NCBI GenBank assembly: GCA_050011565.1
Contig: JBEKIW010000001.1
Coordinates: forward strand, 288,001 to 352,000
From: Dehalococcoidia bacterium
Lineage (GTDB): Bacteria > Chloroflexota > Dehalococcoidia > GIF9 > UBA5629
Reading direction: 5' to 3'
Length of the DNA stretch: 64,000 nt
Position numbers and translations under genes: made by a program. The notes under the pieces are model-generated. The model had not been told where the DNA came from. It was given only the letters and a program-made list of their open reading frames with translations, and ran no database searches. Positions within the stretch are counted from its first letter, which is position 1. The number at the start of each line of letters is the position of its first letter. Of this stretch, positions 61,286-64,000 are shown in pieces.

Positions 61286-61489
61286 TTATGGCTTGCCGGG
61301 TGTTTTCTTCGCGGTCTTAATCTCAACTACTTCCCTGCCTGCATAGGTACCGCAGGTTGGACAGGCATGATGAGGTAACTTGGGAGTGTGACACTGGGGG
61401 CAATCCACCAATATAGGCACGCTCAAAGCCAGGTGACTCCGTCTTTTACCTTGCCTTGCCTTGGCATATTTTCTTTTTGGTAAAGCCAT
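61286..61489 (-). CDS. rpmF: 50S ribosomal protein L32
   Basis: MALPKRK..RRSH, CxxC..HHACxxCG.Y.G. Confidence 0.97.
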   Translation of the reverse strand: MALPKRKYAKARQGKRRSHLALSVPILVDCPQCHTPKLPHHACPTCGTYAGREVVEIKTAKKTPGKP

Positions 61490-62053
61490 TTAGTTTTTAT
61501 TCTCCTTCCCCAGACCGATTAGTTTCGACCAGCGTTGGTCTTTGACACTTGAGGGGCACTGACAGGGCTCACGGTTAAGGTCATGCCCACACGTTGGGCA
61601 AATGCCAGCGCAATCTAAACGACAAAGTGGCTTGGCAGGCACAGCAAGCAATGCATATTGGCGTATTGCTTCGCTTAGATCCAGCGTATGGTCCTCATCA
61701 ATATTAAGGTTATCATATTGACCCGCTGAAGATAAACCCTCTGGTGCGGGTACATCAGGAAGAGCTTCCTCTTCAAAGTCATATTGTACGTCACAATCAA
61801 TCGTTTTCAGGCACCGACTGCAAATTCCCTTTACTGAGGCTGTGATTTTGCCTCTGACTATGATGCCGCGATTGGTGCGAATTAATATGACATCCCCATT
61901 GACGAAATTTATGTCGTCCGTATCCACAGGCTCGTCAATATGGTAACTACGGCTTGAGCCAATCGGTTCTTTCAGTAATTGGGCAACGTTGATGCTCATT
62001 TTTTCTACAGACATTGTGAGGTTAATTATAAGTTGAGATATATTTGAAGTCAA
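61490..62053 (-). CDS. yceD: DUF177/YceD protein
   Basis: CSRCL, LCRLDCAGICPTCG and DQRW motifs; upstream of rpmF; true start likely downstream. Confidence 0.9.
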   Translation of the reverse strand: MTSNISQLIINLTMSVEKMSINVAQLLKEPIGSSRSYHIDEPVDTDDINFVNGDVILIRTNRGIIVRGKITASVKGICSRCLKTIDCDVQYDFEEEALPDVPAPEGLSSAGQYDNLNIDEDHTLDLSEAIRQYALLAVPAKPLCRLDCAGICPTCGHDLNREPCQCPSSVKDQRWSKLIGLGKENKN

Positions 62054-62128
62054 GCTAATGCATTGTCGGCAGATATTCCCTTTTGGACGATTGAATGACG
62101 GTGAAATATATCTTGTTATTGGAGTATA

Positions 62129-63346
62129 ATGGCTAATCGTGGGGTAGATTCAACAGTGGCAAATAAAGCTTTGACAAAGGCGGAACTTAAAGCTGAGATA
62201 TGCCGGCGAGTAGAGGAGCAGCGCCAGGCGCTTATTGAGTTAAGTCTCAATATCCATGATAACCCGGAACTGGGTTTCACAGAGGAAAAGGCGTCAGGCT
62301 GGCTGACCGGCTATCTGGCTAAAAATAATTTTCAGATAGAAAAAGGGATTGGGGGTTTGCCTACGGCTTTCAAAGCAGCCTATGGTAACAGCAAACCTGC
62401 CATTGCCTTGCTCGCCGAATATGATGCTCTACCTGAAATCGGACACGCCTGCGGTCACAATATAATCGCTGCTTCCGCGGCAGGAGCTGCTGTAGCCAGC
62501 AAATTAATCGTGGACAATTTCGGTGGGACAGTTTTTGTTTTTGGAACACCGGCGGAGGAGCTTTTTGGTGGTAAGGTGCCAATGTTGCAGGCTGGAGTTT
62601 TTAATGGGGTGGATGTAGCTATGATAGTACACCCGGGGGTGCTGGACACCGCGATGAGCGAAGGCTTGGCGTGCATTGGCTTAGATGTTCAATTTTTTGG
62701 CAAGGCAGCCCATGCTGCCGCCTATCCCGAGCGGGGAATAAACGCGCTCGAGGCTATGATTTTGGCATTTAACGCTGTAAATTCACTACGCCAGCATATT
62801 AAAGATAGGGCCCGGATTCACGGTATAATAACTCACGGTGGCGAGGCGGCTAATGTGGTGCCCGCGCACTCAGCGGCTACATTTTTTGTTCGCGCTCAGG
62901 ATAATATCTATCTTGATGAGTTAAAACAAAAGGTACTAAAATGCTTCGAAGGGGCAGCGCTGGCTACGGGGGCACGATTGGACTATAAATGGGCCGACAT
63001 AGTCTACGCCCCTATGAAGAACAACTTAGTCTTAGCGCAGCTATTTGCCCAGAATCTGGAATCTCTAGGCCGCAAGGTAGCATCATTAGAACCCTATTTC
63101 GGTTTCGGCAGCACAGATATGGGTAATATCAGCCAGGTCATACCTGCTATTCATCCTTCCGTTGCCATTGTTTCTCCGAATGTGCAGTTACATTCTGAAG
63201 ACTTTGTCCTAGCTGCTGCCTCGGAGCCAGGACATAAAGGGCTTTTAGATTCGGCTAAAGCTCTGGCGATGACGGTTGCTGACCTGCTCGGTGAACCTGA
63301 AAATCTGGTCAGAGTAAAGGATGAATTCTCCAGGCGACCGCATTAG
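62129..63346 (+). CDS. M20 family amidohydrolase (M20D/ACY1L2-like)
   Basis: HDNPELG, EYDALP, HACGHN, GTPAEE and GSTDMGN motifs. Confidence 0.92.
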   Translation: MANRGVDSTVANKALTKAELKAEICRRVEEQRQALIELSLNIHDNPELGFTEEKASGWLTGYLAKNNFQIEKGIGGLPTAFKAAYGNSKPAIALLAEYDALPEIGHACGHNIIAASAAGAAVASKLIVDNFGGTVFVFGTPAEELFGGKVPMLQAGVFNGVDVAMIVHPGVLDTAMSEGLACIGLDVQFFGKAAHAAAYPERGINALEAMILAFNAVNSLRQHIKDRARIHGIITHGGEAANVVPAHSAATFFVRAQDNIYLDELKQKVLKCFEGAALATGARLDYKWADIVYAPMKNNLVLAQLFAQNLESLGRKVASLEPYFGFGSTDMGNISQVIPAIHPSVAIVSPNVQLHSEDFVLAAASEPGHKGLLDSAKALAMTVADLLGEPENLVRVKDEFSRRPH

Positions 63347-63541
63347 AAAATATGTTTTAAGCCTTGGCCTGCAAGTGATTATTTAATAACGCTTGGCAAA
63401 ATTTTTTAGAGTTGGAGCTTGTGGCACCTTTGTTGTATCGGGCAAAAATTCTGGAAAAATTATAAAATAAGGGCCACAGTTTGTATTTTGTGCCATAGGT
63501 AAATTATTGAACAAAACCTGGCTATAGACGGAGGATAGAGA

Positions 63542-64000
63542 ATGAAGGTTATTTTTCTGAAAGATGTACCCAAGGGCAAGAGGGGGGAGATAAAAGAGGT
63601 AGCTGACGGTTATGCCAGAAACTTTCTTTTTCCAAAAGGCATGGCTTTGCCAGCCACGCCATCGGCTACAAAAGAAGCTAAACTGCTATTAGATAAGAAG
63701 GTAGAGCATCAGACGCGGCAGCAAGAGGAGCAAAGTAAAGTAGCTCAGGAACTTGAGGGCAAAGAGCTGCAGTTCAAGGCTAAAGCAGGCGCTAAAGGTC
63801 GCCTTCACGGTGCTATTACCAGCGCTAATATAGCTGAAGAACTTTCTCGAGTTACCGGCTTGGAGATTGATAAGAAAAGAGTCGAGATGGACGAGCCATT
63901 GCATCAACTTGGGGACTATGAGATAGTAATTAACCTGGGCACGGGGTCCGTAGCGAAAATAAAGGTAATCATCGAGGAAGAAACCGCTCCAAATGATTAG
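63542..64000 (+). CDS. rplI: 50S ribosomal protein L9
   Basis: [27 protein letters not shown]; ends TAG at 63998-64000. Confidence 0.97.
   Translation: MKVIFLKDVPKGKRGEIKEVADGYARNFLFPKGMALPATPSATKEAKLLLDKKVEHQTRQQEEQSKVAQELEGKELQFKAKAGAKGRLHGAITSANIAEELSRVTGLEIDKKRVEMDEPLHQLGDYEIVINLGTGSVAKIKVIIEEETAPND

Overview
About 64 kb of a bacterial chromosome, most likely an uncultured Dehalococcoidia/Chloroflexota. That assignment is inferred from protein likeness and gene neighbourhoods; no database search was run. Housekeeping genes: cca, secDF, prfB (with +1 frameshift), nfi, rpsP/khpA, an H+-type F1Fo atp operon, dtd, nadC, mfd, nusB, rpmF, rplI. Also present: a nurA-HAS-herA operon, a Fur-family gene with a Ni/Co ECF transporter, a higBA-type TA pair, and an IS6-family element carrying a passenger gene between recognisable TIRs and an 8-bp target duplication. 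The centre (33.2-54.8 kb) is an anaerobic energy block bracketed by two NarL/PAS-kinase pairs. It holds an acetate uptake/activation operon, a formate-channel operon, and a Hdr-Mvh [NiFe]-hydrogenase cluster with adjacent selenocysteine and cysteine copies of HdrA-MvhD; SECIS hairpins are visible. Strongest novelty candidates: (1) a ~70-aa LigA/NHLP-like 'RLxQEKW' domain present three times, as two free proteins heading the acetate and formate operons behind a shared promoter motif and once fused to the formate channel; (2) an unannotated 49-aa membrane peptide ending CGG-UGA-G followed by a SECIS-like hairpin; (3) a promoter-backed candidate sRNA with repeated UUUGGG(GG)CA motifs; (4) a catalytically dead FabD beside an ACP lacking its canonical Ser; (5) an unannotated 38-aa TM peptide between atpE and atpF. 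A c-di-GMP-II riboswitch precedes the first gene. No rRNA, tRNA or CRISPR array was seen.
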